64,000 nt of DNA, from positions 2,176,001-2,240,000 of the forward strand of contig OZ252244.1 in the NCBI GenBank assembly GCA_965249575.1, given 5' to 3'. Below are positions 38,849 to 49,173 of the stretch, one piece after another (position 1 is the stretch's first letter; every line of letters begins with the position of its first letter). A program made the position numbers and the translations under genes. The DNA is from Gemmatimonadales bacterium (lineage in GTDB: Bacteria > Gemmatimonadota > Gemmatimonadetes > Gemmatimonadales > GWC2-71-9). The notes beneath the pieces were generated by a model. It did not search any database, had not been told where the DNA came from, and saw nothing but the letters and a program-made list of their open reading frames with translations.

Positions 38849-39802
38849 CTGAACGAATCAGTTGAGAGGTCTGCTTACGAGCTCGTAACCCGCGACCGGC
38901 TCGCCCTCGAGATCGACCCGGGACTACTCGACCTGGCGACAACCTGGATTCCTCTTCACGCCCCCGCAGCCCCGTCGGGCTCACGGAACCGACCCACCAT
39001 AGTCCTGAACCGAGCTGCCCCCCCGCGGGTCGCAGTGCCCGGGCGCGCGGCTACGTTCACGCTCGGTTCGGTGCGTGCCTGGGTCGATGACGGTGACTCG
39101 TGCCTTCTGCTCGGGAGCGCGGGTTGCGTCGGCCGGGTCGTCCGCGAGGAGGCACGCGCTACCCTCATCGTTCCGCCGGAGGTGATCAAGCAGGCCGTCA
39201 GCGACGTCTACGCTCTGTTGACGATATCCTCGGCACTTCTCATAGGCGGGTTGGGTGGTGCGCTGATACATGCCGGGGCGGTGGTCCACCCGACGGGTGG
39301 CGCGTGGTTGCTCGTAGGCGACAGCCACTCGGGGAAGTCCACTACCTGCGCCGGGTTGATACGGGCTGGCTGGGGGTTCCTCTCCGATGACCACGTCGTC
39401 CTGTTGCCAACGGGCGCGGGGATTGAGCTAGAGGGCTGGTTGAGGCCGTTCCACCTCGATGAAGGGTGGGAGGCGGGCGAGATCCGCGGACGCCGAACGA
39501 CCGTCGATCCCGATCGCCTGGCTCCCGGACGTTGGAGGCGAACCGGTTCGCTCGCCGGATTTCTCGTGACTGAGGTCCGGCCGAACGTCCCGACTCGCCT
39601 CGAACGGTTGGCCCGGGCGGACGGGCTTGCGAGCCTCATAAGGCAGTCCCCGTGGCTCTTGACCGATCGAGTCAGCGCGAACTCGGGGCTCCCGTTCTTG
39701 ACGAGCGTCGCTGCAGGTCCCTGCTTCGCCCTGCGGCTCGGCAAGGATACGTACGGCGCCCCAGAGCGACTGAGCGCCGTTCTCGACGCTCTCCCCGCCT
39801 AG
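38849..39802 (+). CDS. HPr kinase-related P-loop kinase (probable CTG start upstream of the tracked GTG 39035)
   Basis: IHAGAV, LLVGDSHSGKSTT (Walker A), FLSDDHV. Frame is open from 38828. Confidence 0.85.
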   Translation: MNESVERSAYELVTRDRLALEIDPGLLDLATTWIPLHAPAAPSGSRNRPTIVLNRAAPPRVAVPGRAATFTLGSVRAWVDDGDSCLLLGSAGCVGRVVREEARATLIVPPEVIKQAVSDVYALLTISSALLIGGLGGALIHAGAVVHPTGGAWLLVGDSHSGKSTTCAGLIRAGWGFLSDDHVVLLPTGAGIELEGWLRPFHLDEGWEAGEIRGRRTTVDPDRLAPGRWRRTGSLAGFLVTEVRPNVPTRLERLARADGLASLIRQSPWLLTDRVSANSGLPFLTSVAAGPCFALRLGKDTYGAPERLSAVLDALPA

Positions 39803-40968
39803 GTGCGGTGAAGCTGTCCCACCGCCTTCGATACCGCACGGTTGGCGGCGACGGCCAAACGCACCGCCGGCACGATGGCGATTGCGAAACGACAGAGACG
39901 CGTCGCTCTTCTGAGTAACGCGCCGAGGCGGGGGAGTCGCTCTTCCATCCACGCCGTGGGTGGCGAGACGGATGGTTCGAGCGATGCCATGGCGATGCGC
40001 TGCCCGACCCGGAATCGCTGGTCGTCGAACAGCAGCGTATAGACCCACAGGCTCAACTCGGTCGCCAACATGCCGGGTATGGGAAACCGGCGGGCCTGCA
40101 TTCTCAGGAAGTAGAGAACACCAGCCGCACGCTCGAAAGAATCGGGGCGCACAGACCCAGGTGCCAGGTGCTGCGCGGATCGCAGGACGGTCGCCAGTGG
40201 ACTGCGCGACGGGTGAGCCTGAATCCGATCGGCGACTTCTTTCAAATCTTGGGCGGTGCACGCCGCGGCTGCATTCCCGATCAGGCATAGATCACGTATG
40301 GAGCCGCGGCGGAACGGATGTTGGAGGACTAGGTGTTCGAGGGTGTACCACAGGTGGTCCGCCGCCGCGAGTCTCCGGAGGCCCGGACCGAACTCGAGGT
40401 CGACCGTTCGTTCCCAGACCTCCGCCGAGAGCGGGGCGCCCGCCTGCGGCGTCAGGTGGATCTCGATGTGAAGCGCGCCCTTGGCCACACGCTGCCGCAG
40501 GTGTTGGTCGCTACTGAACCCGATGCCCCGATAGCCGGAGGCGTCCAATGCGGATGCGATTTGCCGTGCGTAATCGGGGTGGCAGAGGACGTCGACGTCA
40601 GCAAGGTCCACCGATTGGTCATCATCGATCGCCGTGAGCGCACCCTTCAGGGGAATCGCCGTCGTGCCGAGGCCCGCGGCGATGTCCCCGATCGACCGCA
40701 ACGCGCCTCGGGCGGAAAGCACGCGTTGTGTTTCTTCGAGCGCCCGGTCGCCAAGCTGCATTCGCGTTTTCGAGCTGAGGAGGCTGTCGGCCCGACCGCC
40801 TACGGCCCTCGTGAGCGGAAGGGCGCAGCGTTCCGTGGCCAGAAAAGAGTGCCACGCCCCGGACGAGCCGTCGGGCGCTGGTGTCGGGTCGGAGCTCAGA
40901 ATCCGGAGAGCCCACCGTCTCAGCCGAAGGGCGTCGGCCAAATCTGACGAACACTTCGCGTCACGCAC
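39799..40968 (-). CDS. Nucleotidyltransferase family protein (NTP_transf_5-like)
   Basis: IPLKGA, DLADVDVL (DxD), IEIH, RDL motifs. Confidence 0.8.
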   Translation of the reverse strand: MRDAKCSSDLADALRLRRWALRILSSDPTPAPDGSSGAWHSFLATERCALPLTRAVGGRADSLLSSKTRMQLGDRALEETQRVLSARGALRSIGDIAAGLGTTAIPLKGALTAIDDDQSVDLADVDVLCHPDYARQIASALDASGYRGIGFSSDQHLRQRVAKGALHIEIHLTPQAGAPLSAEVWERTVDLEFGPGLRRLAAADHLWYTLEHLVLQHPFRRGSIRDLCLIGNAAAACTAQDLKEVADRIQAHPSRSPLATVLRSAQHLAPGSVRPDSFERAAGVLYFLRMQARRFPIPGMLATELSLWVYTLLFDDQRFRVGQRIAMASLEPSVSPPTAWMEERLPRLGALLRRATRLCRFAIAIVPAVRLAVAANRAVSKAVGQLHRT

Positions 40969-41139
40969 GGTTTACCCTGGTCCTATGCACGCATTTCCTC
41001 GGGAGAGCGCCACGGGCTCGGGAGCACGCGATGTCGAACGAACGGCACGGCGTAGCATCTCCTCAACTTCGGTCTTAGATTGACACGCCTTGACCCTTTA
41101 ATTGACCGTCTAAGGGCGGGGCGGAGCGAGCGAAGTCAC

Positions 41140-41811
41140 ATGGCCGGCACGATCTTCTGGGACGTGGATACACAATACGACTTCATGGCACCGGACGGTA
41201 AGCTCTACGTACCGGACGCGGAGACCATCCGGCCCAAGTTGCGGGAATTGACCGACTTCGCCCACCGCCATGGGATACGTGTCATCGCCAGCGCAGACGA
41301 CCACGTCGCTGGGCATCGCGAGTTGTCCGATACCCCAGACTTTCGGGAAACTTTTCCGCCTCATTGCATGCGCGGTACCTCGGGCCAGAAGAAGATATCG
41401 GAGACTCGGCTACTGGCACCCCTCGTCATCGAGCCGGATTCGGTAGATCCTTCGGCTCTCGCGGCTCGCGTTCGCGATCACGCGAGGGACATCCTGTTTC
41501 ACAAGCATTGGTTCGACGTGTTCACCAATCCAAATGTCGAGCCCGTGGTTACCCAGCTGGGCCCGGAGCGAGTCGTAGTGTATGGCGTGGCGCTCGACAT
41601 CTGCAATCGATATGCAATCGACGGTTTGCGGGCGCGGTATCCCGACATGGCTCTCCTCGCCGTGACCGACGCGATGAAGCCGATCGATCCTGACAGGGCG
41701 GGCGAGTTGCTCGCGTCATGGGCAGAGAGTGGCGTTACGCTGGTCGACACCGCTGAGGCGATCGACTCCGCCCGTCGGGGCGCCTTACGTAGGGAGCTAG
41801 CGACAGAATGA
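41140..41811 (+). CDS. pncA: Nicotinamidase / isochorismatase-family cysteine hydrolase
   Basis: WDVDTQYDF, GKLYVP, DDH, FPPHCMRGT, K, GVALDIC. Confidence 0.8.
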   Translation: MAGTIFWDVDTQYDFMAPDGKLYVPDAETIRPKLRELTDFAHRHGIRVIASADDHVAGHRELSDTPDFRETFPPHCMRGTSGQKKISETRLLAPLVIEPDSVDPSALAARVRDHARDILFHKHWFDVFTNPNVEPVVTQLGPERVVVYGVALDICNRYAIDGLRARYPDMALLAVTDAMKPIDPDRAGELLASWAESGVTLVDTAEAIDSARRGALRRELATE

Positions 41812-42902
41812 GCACTCCCGCCTTCGGGCGGTTCTTCCTTCCCGGACCGACCGACGTACATCCCGATATTCTGACTGCTTGTGCGCGCTCCATGATCGCG
41901 CATCGTGGTCCGGCAATGGTGGACTTGCTCTCGGGCATGGAAGACCCGTTGAAACGGCTGTTTCGCACGGAGCGTCGCGTGGTGGTCGGTTCGTGCTCCG
42001 CAACGGGCTTCATGGAAATGGCGGCTCGATGCGGGATTCGCGGCCGAGCGTTGGCGCTCGTTGGTGGCGCTTTTGGGGAGCGGTTTGCGGGGGTGGCCGC
42101 GGCATGCGGCAGCGACGTCGTCCGGCTCGACGTTCCGCTCGGACAGACGCTGGAACCGGACATGCTGCGCGATGCGGTCAAGCGGTCGGATGTGGATGCC
42201 GTGACCTTGGTGCACTCAGAGACATCGACCGGTGCGCTCGCCCCGCTCGAAGACCTGGCTGCGGTGGTCCACGAGTTCGAAGACGTGCTGCTCTTGGTCG
42301 ACGCCGTGACGTCCATGGCTGGCTCTCCGGTAGAAACGGATGACTGGAAGCTCGATTTCGTGTTCACGGGGTCGCAAAAGGCGCTCGCGCTCCCGCCGGG
42401 TCTCGCGCTGGGAGTCGCTTCCGACCGAATGATAGAGCGCGCCAAGACCATCCCCGAGCGGGGCGCGTATCTCGATCTCGTCGCATATGATCGCGCGTTC
42501 GCCTCGGCGCAGCCTACGAACACACCGGCCATATCTCTGCTCTACGCGCTCAAGGCCCAACTCGCCAGAATCGACGCCGAGGGGGGAGTCGAAGCTCGAT
42601 GGCAACGGCACGATGCCATGCGGCGGACAGTCGAATCTTGGGTCGAGGCGGAGGGAGCGCGGCTGGGAATCGCGTATCTTCCCAAGGAGAATCGGCGGTC
42701 GTGGACGGTGTCTTGTCTCCGGATCCCGGAGCGGATCGGATCCAAGCACCTCACGAAAGCGCTCGGCGCCGATGGTTGGACGATCGGGTCCGGGTACGGG
42801 AAGCTCAAAGACTCCACGATTCGGATCGGTCACATGGGCGACCACTCCGTGGCAGCGTTGGCCGAGCTTTTGGGACTCTTGGAAAGGGTGCTCGTGCAAT
42901 GA
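41808..42902 (+). CDS. Class V PLP aminotransferase (serine-pyruvate / phosphoserine aminotransferase-like)
   Basis: PGPT, HSETSTG, VDAVTS, GSQKAL, RIGHMG; translationally coupled to serA. Confidence 0.92.
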   Translation: MSTPAFGRFFLPGPTDVHPDILTACARSMIAHRGPAMVDLLSGMEDPLKRLFRTERRVVVGSCSATGFMEMAARCGIRGRALALVGGAFGERFAGVAAACGSDVVRLDVPLGQTLEPDMLRDAVKRSDVDAVTLVHSETSTGALAPLEDLAAVVHEFEDVLLLVDAVTSMAGSPVETDDWKLDFVFTGSQKALALPPGLALGVASDRMIERAKTIPERGAYLDLVAYDRAFASAQPTNTPAISLLYALKAQLARIDAEGGVEARWQRHDAMRRTVESWVEAEGARLGIAYLPKENRRSWTVSCLRIPERIGSKHLTKALGADGWTIGSGYGKLKDSTIRIGHMGDHSVAALAELLGLLERVLVQ

Positions 42903-44533
42903 CCTTTGTCGTCGTCGTCGCGGATCCGGTACATCGCCGGGGCCTCGACCAATTGAGCGCGGATCCGCAGTTCGAGGTCGTGCACACGGCAGGCCGGCCG
43001 GACGAGTTCCTGAAGGCCGTACGGAGAGCGCATGCGATTCTGGTGCGCTCGGAGACGCAGCTTACGGAGGAGGTCGTGGCCCAATCGCCGCACTTGCGGG
43101 TGATTGGGCGAGCAGGCATTGGGGTCGACAACATCGACATCGATGCCGCGACCCGGCGAGGCATCGCGGTACTGAACACGCCCGGGGGGAACACCGTGAG
43201 CGCCGCGGAGCACGGCATCGCGCTACTACTCTCCCTCGTGCGCAACGTGCCCGGTGCCGTCGAGAGCATGCGGCGCGGCGAGTGGGACCGGAAACGCTTT
43301 AGTGGGACCGAGCTACGCGGTAAGACAATGGGCTTGCTGGGTCTCGGCCGCATCGGTGCCCACGTCGCTACCATCGCGCGCGTGTTCGGCATGGAGGTCG
43401 TCGCCCATGACCCGTACCTGTCAGAAGGCAGGGCGGCGGAGCTCAGGGTCAAGCTGGTCGCCCTCGACGAATTACTGGAATGCGCAGACGCGGTCTCCCT
43501 GCATCTGCCGCTAACACCCGAGACCCGAAATATCATGGACGCCCGCCGCCTCGGGCTGATGAAGCCTACAGCGGTTCTGCTCAACACTGCGCGCGGAGGA
43601 CTGGTTGATGAGGACGCCCTGCGCGAAGCCGTTGCCACGAACCGGATTGCCGGAGCGGCAATCGATGTTTTCGAAACCGAGCCCCTGCCGGCAGGCGATC
43701 TGCTCCGCGAGGCCGAACGAATCATTCTGACACCCCACCTGGCGGCGTCTACGGCCGAGGCACAGGAACGCGTCTCTCTGGAAATCTGCGATCTGGTGCG
43801 GAACGCGCTCGTCACGGGGGCGATTGGCAGCGCGGTCAACGTGCCCGGTCTGTCTAGTGAGGCGCTCCAACGACTTCAACCCCTACTCGAGCTTTCGCGT
43901 CGGCTCGGGCGGTTGGCGACGGATATTGCAAAGGGGCGGGTAGAGAGCATCGAGGTCCGGTACGGAGGGGTGGATGATATGGCACCTCGACCCGTGATGC
44001 TTGCCGTCGTGGAGGGAGTTCTCGGAGCGCAAGGGGTCGGACCGGTCACCTTGGTGAACGCAGCGGTGCTGGCCAAAGAGCGCGGTATCTCGGTCGAACG
44101 TCGGGTCGGCGACCCTGTTGCAGGCTTCGAGACCACCGTCACGGTAGAGGTCGTAACGGCCGAGCGCACCACGATTACCACCGGCGCGCTGATCGGAGAC
44201 CGGTTCGGTAGGGTTATTCGAATCGGCGATTACGCGGTTGATGTCCCACCAGAGGGGTGCGTGCTGGTCCTTCGAAATCGTGACGTGCCCGGTGTAATCG
44301 GGCAGGTGGGTACCTACCTTGGCGAATCGAAGATCAACATCGGGGCCTATCATCAGTCCCGCAAGGGCGAAAGCGGGGGTGAGGCGCTTGCGGCCATCGC
44401 GGTCGATCACGTTCCCGACGCCGAGCTCGTCGCTCGCCTGGAATCGATCCCGGAGGTGCTTGAGGTGTCGGTGGCAACTCTGGACCCTGGTGGGGTGGGG
44501 GTGGCGAGGGCGATCCCGAGCGTGCTTGTGTAG
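42899..44533 (+). CDS. serA: D-3-phosphoglycerate dehydrogenase
   Basis: RAGIGVDNID, GLGRIG, NTARGG, TPHLAAST; C-terminal ASB and ACT domains (NRDVPGVIG). Confidence 0.95.
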   Translation: MTFVVVVADPVHRRGLDQLSADPQFEVVHTAGRPDEFLKAVRRAHAILVRSETQLTEEVVAQSPHLRVIGRAGIGVDNIDIDAATRRGIAVLNTPGGNTVSAAEHGIALLLSLVRNVPGAVESMRRGEWDRKRFSGTELRGKTMGLLGLGRIGAHVATIARVFGMEVVAHDPYLSEGRAAELRVKLVALDELLECADAVSLHLPLTPETRNIMDARRLGLMKPTAVLLNTARGGLVDEDALREAVATNRIAGAAIDVFETEPLPAGDLLREAERIILTPHLAASTAEAQERVSLEICDLVRNALVTGAIGSAVNVPGLSSEALQRLQPLLELSRRLGRLATDIAKGRVESIEVRYGGVDDMAPRPVMLAVVEGVLGAQGVGPVTLVNAAVLAKERGISVERRVGDPVAGFETTVTVEVVTAERTTITTGALIGDRFGRVIRIGDYAVDVPPEGCVLVLRNRDVPGVIGQVGTYLGESKINIGAYHQSRKGESGGEALAAIAVDHVPDAELVARLESIPEVLEVSVATLDPGGVGVARAIPSVLV

Positions 44534-44539
44534 GTCTGG

Positions 44540-46624
44540 CTACTGATCGCGCTCATTCAGGCGGAAGTTCGCGATCGCCGCCGTCAGCTTCTCGGCGGCA
44601 CCGGCGAGCTGGCCGGCAGACTGCGCGATCTCCTCGGTCGAAGCGCTCTGCTGCTGGGATGACGCGGCGATCCCCTCCACCGACTCGACGAACGAGCTGG
44701 TCCCATCTGACATGACTCTCAGGCGCTCGGTGTTCTCCTCGACCAGGTGCCTGACCTCGCCGGCTGCGTTGGAGATCTCGTCGGTCCACGCACTGCTCTC
44801 CGCGGCGGCGTCAGCAACCTCCTGCAGACCACGGGCTGCCGATTCGGCAACCTCCCGAACCGATGCGCTTCCCGCGGCGAGCCGGTCGAGTCGTTCCCGG
44901 GTCGCCCCGACGGTGCTGAGGACCTGGTGTACGGTCTCAGAGGTGGTCGTGGCTGCCTGCGCGGCCTGGACGGCGAGTTTGCGCACCTCGTCGGCCACGA
45001 CGGCGAAGCCGCGGGTCTCGGCACCAGATGCTCGAGCGGCCTCGATCGCGGCGTTGAGCGCGAGCATGTTCGTCCGCCTCGCGATCGTCTGTGCCTGGCC
45101 GACGAAGCTCTGGATCTCCGCCGACATGCTTGCCAGTGCCCTCGCCTCCTCCGCGCCGAGCTCGATCTCGTGCGCGAGCTGCGCGAGGTGCTCCCCCCCT
45201 TCCAGAAGCTTGGTTCGATGGTCTTCGGCCGCGTTCCTGAGCGCCGTGTTGCGTTCTGCAGCCGATTGAGCTCCGACCGCCAACTGCGTGGAGATCGACA
45301 GAATGCGATTGGCGTCGTCAGCGCCCCGGGTGACGAGCTCGGCCTGCTCGTTGACGCTACCCGATAGCGCCTGACACGTTCGAGCCATCTCTTCGGTCGA
45401 CGCGGACATCTCCTGAGTGCTTGCGGAGATCTGCTCCGACATGGCCGCCGATTCCTCCGCAGCGTTGCGGATGGCGCCTACGAGCGTCCTCAACGCCACG
45501 AGCATCTGCTGCACCGAACTGAGTAGACGCGCGGCTTCCCCGACTCCCGCGTCTTGCACTCGCACGTTCACCGCGAGATCGCCGTCGGCCACTCGCCGTG
45601 TGACCGCTCCCGCGACGCGCACCGGGTGCGTCACGCGTCGATCCAGCCACCAGGCGAGGATGGCCAGCAGGCCGAACATCAGCGCCAGCAGGAGGCCGCT
45701 CGCGAAATAGAGCGTGCGGCGCACCGACCTCGCCGCCGTGTAGGCATCTTCCGCGGGCTGGCGGGCGAGAACCCACCACAGGCCGGAGTTGGTCGGCGTG
45801 GAAGCAACGAGCTCCGTCACCCCACCCTGCTCGACGCCAACCACCGTGTCCCGGAGACCCCGCGGTATCGAGCCGGCGCCCGGTGTGACGCGGAGTAACC
45901 GAGTGGTGTCCCTCGAGATGACGACGCGCCCGAGGGAGTCGACTACCTCCAAGTACACTCCTCCAAAGCGATCCGCCGTCGCGAGGAGGTTGGCCAGGCG
46001 CGTGAGGGGAAGGGTCGCGCGGATCACCCCGTGAGGCTGTCGCCCCGGTCGGTCGGCGACGGCGGAAGCGAGATTGATGGCGATGGTTCCGGCGGTCGGA
46101 TCGTATCCGGGAACCCCCTGGTACAGCCCGGAGTTAAACGCCTCCTGCCAGAACTCGGTATCGGAGACGATGAGCTCCGCGTCGGGATCCGTCCCCACCA
46201 CGTGCAGCCCGTAGCGGTCGGCGATGGATATCGCCGCGAAATCGGATTCATCCAGCGCCCTCCCGAGGAAGGTACGCACCGTAGTGACGCGAGAGATCTG
46301 CCGTGAACCGGCCCTTTGCCGCCGGGCCGCTGCGGTCGCCCGCTGTAGCCCCAGCCGTTCGGCCTCCCGGCTCCCCGCTAGGGCGATCTCGATGACGTCC
46401 GGTACGCGTGCCAGCAGGTTCACGTCCCGGTGGCGATCTCGGAGGTATTGGCTGGCGGAGCGAGAGGCCCGGAGCACGACCTCCCGGAGCTGCGCGAAGG
46501 CCTCCTGCTCGAGCTGGGCCGACATGCTCCGATTAGCCAAAAATGTCAGGATCCCGACCGCGGCCACGGCGAGTGGCACACCGATCAGGATGATAGTTCT
46601 TCGGAGCTGCCGAGAAGCTGCCAT
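44540..46624 (-). CDS. Methyl-accepting chemotaxis protein (Cache-HAMP-MCP)
   Basis: Two transmembrane segments, [33 protein letters not shown]. Confidence 0.93.
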   Translation of the reverse strand: MAASRQLRRTIILIGVPLAVAAVGILTFLANRSMSAQLEQEAFAQLREVVLRASRSASQYLRDRHRDVNLLARVPDVIEIALAGSREAERLGLQRATAAARRQRAGSRQISRVTTVRTFLGRALDESDFAAISIADRYGLHVVGTDPDAELIVSDTEFWQEAFNSGLYQGVPGYDPTAGTIAINLASAVADRPGRQPHGVIRATLPLTRLANLLATADRFGGVYLEVVDSLGRVVISRDTTRLLRVTPGAGSIPRGLRDTVVGVEQGGVTELVASTPTNSGLWWVLARQPAEDAYTAARSVRRTLYFASGLLLALMFGLLAILAWWLDRRVTHPVRVAGAVTRRVADGDLAVNVRVQDAGVGEAARLLSSVQQMLVALRTLVGAIRNAAEESAAMSEQISASTQEMSASTEEMARTCQALSGSVNEQAELVTRGADDANRILSISTQLAVGAQSAAERNTALRNAAEDHRTKLLEGGEHLAQLAHEIELGAEEARALASMSAEIQSFVGQAQTIARRTNMLALNAAIEAARASGAETRGFAVVADEVRKLAVQAAQAATTTSETVHQVLSTVGATRERLDRLAAGSASVREVAESAARGLQEVADAAAESSAWTDEISNAAGEVRHLVEENTERLRVMSDGTSSFVESVEGIAASSQQQSASTEEIAQSAGQLAGAAEKLTAAIANFRLNERDQ

Positions 46625-46684
46625 GAATCGATTCCAAGCTATGGAAGGCTTCCAGGGGGGGCAACCAGGACTAGATTATCGTCC

Positions 46685-49147
46685 ATGAGTGTATCACGAC
46701 GAGTGGCCGCCTACGATCCGTCAGCCGTTGAGGCGAAGTGGCAGGAGCGGTGGGAGGAGCGGCGCACGAACGTCGTCGACCTGGCCGGAGCCAAGCGCCC
46801 CTACTTCAACCTCATGATGTTCCCTTATCCGTCGGCCGAAGGGCTGCACGTGGGGAACGTATTCGCCTTCATTGGCGTCGACATTCACGGGCGAGCGCGA
46901 CGCTTGCAGGGTTGGGACGTATTCGAGCCCCTCGGTTTCGACGCCTTTGGTATTCACTCCGAGAACTACGCCCTCAAGATCGACACGCATCCTGGGGAGC
47001 TCATCCCGGCCAACATAGATCGTTTCCGAGAACAGCTCCGCCGAATCGGTCTGATGGTGGACTGGGACCACGAGCTTTCCACGACCGATCCGCGCTATTA
47101 CCGCTGGACGCAGTGGATCTTCGTGCAACTTTTCAAGGCCGGGCTGGCGGAGCGTCGGCGCGCACCCGTCAACTGGTGTCCGGAATGCAAGACGGTGTTG
47201 GCGAACGAGCAGGTGATCGACGGATTTTGCGAGCGCCATCCCGGCGTCAAGGTAACCACCCGGCTCCTGGAACAATGGTTCTTCAAGATCACCAAGTACA
47301 CCGAGCGGCTGCTCGATCATCTGGAGACAGTGGAGTGGTCCGAGTCGACGCGGTTGCTCCAGCGAAACTGGATTGGCCCGTCCGACGGGGCAGAATTGAC
47401 CTTCGAGACTGCGACGGGAGTCGAGATTCCCGTCTATACCACGCGGCCGGACACCGTTTTCGGGGCCACCTATCTGGTACTGGCGCCCGAGCACGACTTG
47501 GTCGAGGAGGTCACTGGCGCGGAGCAGCTGAGCGCCGTTTCCGACTACCAGCGTCGTGCGACCCAACTGGACGTCGTCGCCCGCCGGGTCGGCTCTAAGG
47601 AGAAGACCGGTGTTTTCACCGGAGGCTATGCCAGGAATCCCGCAACGGGCGAGTCCATCCCGATTTGGATCGCCGACTACGTTCTCACGGAATACGGGAC
47701 CGGCGCCATCATGGCGGTGCCAGGGCACGACGAGCGCGACTTCGATTTCGCACAAGCCTTTGGCCTGGAGGTCCGGCAGGTCGTCAAACCGGAACGCGAG
47801 GGGGAGGGCGCGCGGCTGGATGAACTCCCCCTCACCGCGCCGGACGGGATCTTGATCAACAGCGGGCAGTTCGACGGAATGTCCTGTCGGGATGGGGCTT
47901 CGTCGATCGTCGCATGGCTACAGGAGCGCGACCTCGCAGCACCGCAACGACAGTACCGCCTCCACGACTGGTGTATCTCCCGCCAGCGCTACTGGGGACC
48001 GCCGATTCCCGTCATTCATTGCGACGCGTGCGGCCCGGTTCCAGTTCCGGAGGAGGACCTCCCCGTCGAATTGCCCTTCATCGAGGACTTTCGGCCCGAC
48101 GAAAGCGGTGTATCACCTCTCGCCCGGCACGAAGAGTGGTTCCGGGTCCCCTGTCCGAAGTGCAAGGAAAACGCGCGTCGCGAGACCGACGTATCCGACA
48201 CGTTTTTGGATTCGGCCTGGTACTACCTTCGTTACCCGTCTACGAGTTTCGACGATCGCCCGTTTGACAAGAAGCTCACCGAGAAGTGGCTGCCCGTGTC
48301 CTCCTATATCGGGGGGAACGAACATGCCGTTCTTCACCTCATGTACGCGCGGTTCATCTCGATGGTGCTGCACGATCTCGGATTCCTGGCGTTTGAGGAA
48401 CCCTTTCCGCGGTTTCGTGCACATGGCACCATGATCAAGGACGGCGCCAAGATGTCGAAGTCACGCGGAAACGTCGTGGTACCCGATGCGTACATCGAGA
48501 AATGGGGAGCCGACACGTTTCGCATGTACCTGATGTTCCTGGGTCCATATCAGGAGGGAGGTGACTTTCGGGACGAGGGAATCTCTGGCATACGGCGATT
48601 CCTCGACAAGGCCTGGGGCGTCGTCGCTGGCACGGTGCGGTCGGGGGATACGCACCCCAATCCCGAGGCGCACCGAAAGCTCCATCAAACGATCCAACGA
48701 GTGACGGCGGACTTCGAGGGTCTTCGTTACAACACCGCGATCTCAGCGTTAATGGAGTACGTGAACACCCTGCGGGTGGGCGATACCGGGGCAAGCGGGG
48801 TGAAACCGGGTGTTCCGATTGCCCTGGTCGAACCACTCGTCATCATGTTGGCGCCACTCGCGCCGCACTTTGCAGAGGAGTGCTGGGGAATGTTGGGGCA
48901 CGACGGGACCGTTTTCGATGCCTCCTGGCCCACATTCGATGTGACGATTGCCGCCGAAGACGAAATTGAGCTCGTCATTCAAGTCAACGGCAGGGTGCGG
49001 GCGCGCCTTCGGGTCCCTCGAGGAATCGCTGAGGGCGATGCGGTAGAACGTGCCTTGGCGGAGCCGGCGGTGAAACGCTTCGTCGACCCCAAGCCGATCA
49101 AGAAGAAGGTGTTTGTCCAGGATCGCCTGGTGAACCTCGTGGTCTAG
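46685..49147 (+). CDS. leuS: Leucine--tRNA ligase
   Basis: MFPYPSAEGLHVGN (HIGH), YTTRPDT, DWCISRQRYWG, KMSKS. Confidence 0.97.
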   Translation: MSVSRRVAAYDPSAVEAKWQERWEERRTNVVDLAGAKRPYFNLMMFPYPSAEGLHVGNVFAFIGVDIHGRARRLQGWDVFEPLGFDAFGIHSENYALKIDTHPGELIPANIDRFREQLRRIGLMVDWDHELSTTDPRYYRWTQWIFVQLFKAGLAERRRAPVNWCPECKTVLANEQVIDGFCERHPGVKVTTRLLEQWFFKITKYTERLLDHLETVEWSESTRLLQRNWIGPSDGAELTFETATGVEIPVYTTRPDTVFGATYLVLAPEHDLVEEVTGAEQLSAVSDYQRRATQLDVVARRVGSKEKTGVFTGGYARNPATGESIPIWIADYVLTEYGTGAIMAVPGHDERDFDFAQAFGLEVRQVVKPEREGEGARLDELPLTAPDGILINSGQFDGMSCRDGASSIVAWLQERDLAAPQRQYRLHDWCISRQRYWGPPIPVIHCDACGPVPVPEEDLPVELPFIEDFRPDESGVSPLARHEEWFRVPCPKCKENARRETDVSDTFLDSAWYYLRYPSTSFDDRPFDKKLTEKWLPVSSYIGGNEHAVLHLMYARFISMVLHDLGFLAFEEPFPRFRAHGTMIKDGAKMSKSRGNVVVPDAYIEKWGADTFRMYLMFLGPYQEGGDFRDEGISGIRRFLDKAWGVVAGTVRSGDTHPNPEAHRKLHQTIQRVTADFEGLRYNTAISALMEYVNTLRVGDTGASGVKPGVPIALVEPLVIMLAPLAPHFAEECWGMLGHDGTVFDASWPTFDVTIAAEDEIELVIQVNGRVRARLRVPRGIAEGDAVERALAEPAVKRFVDPKPIKKKVFVQDRLVNLVV

Positions 49148-49173
49148 CTCCCTCGCGGACTGGGAGCGGCTCG

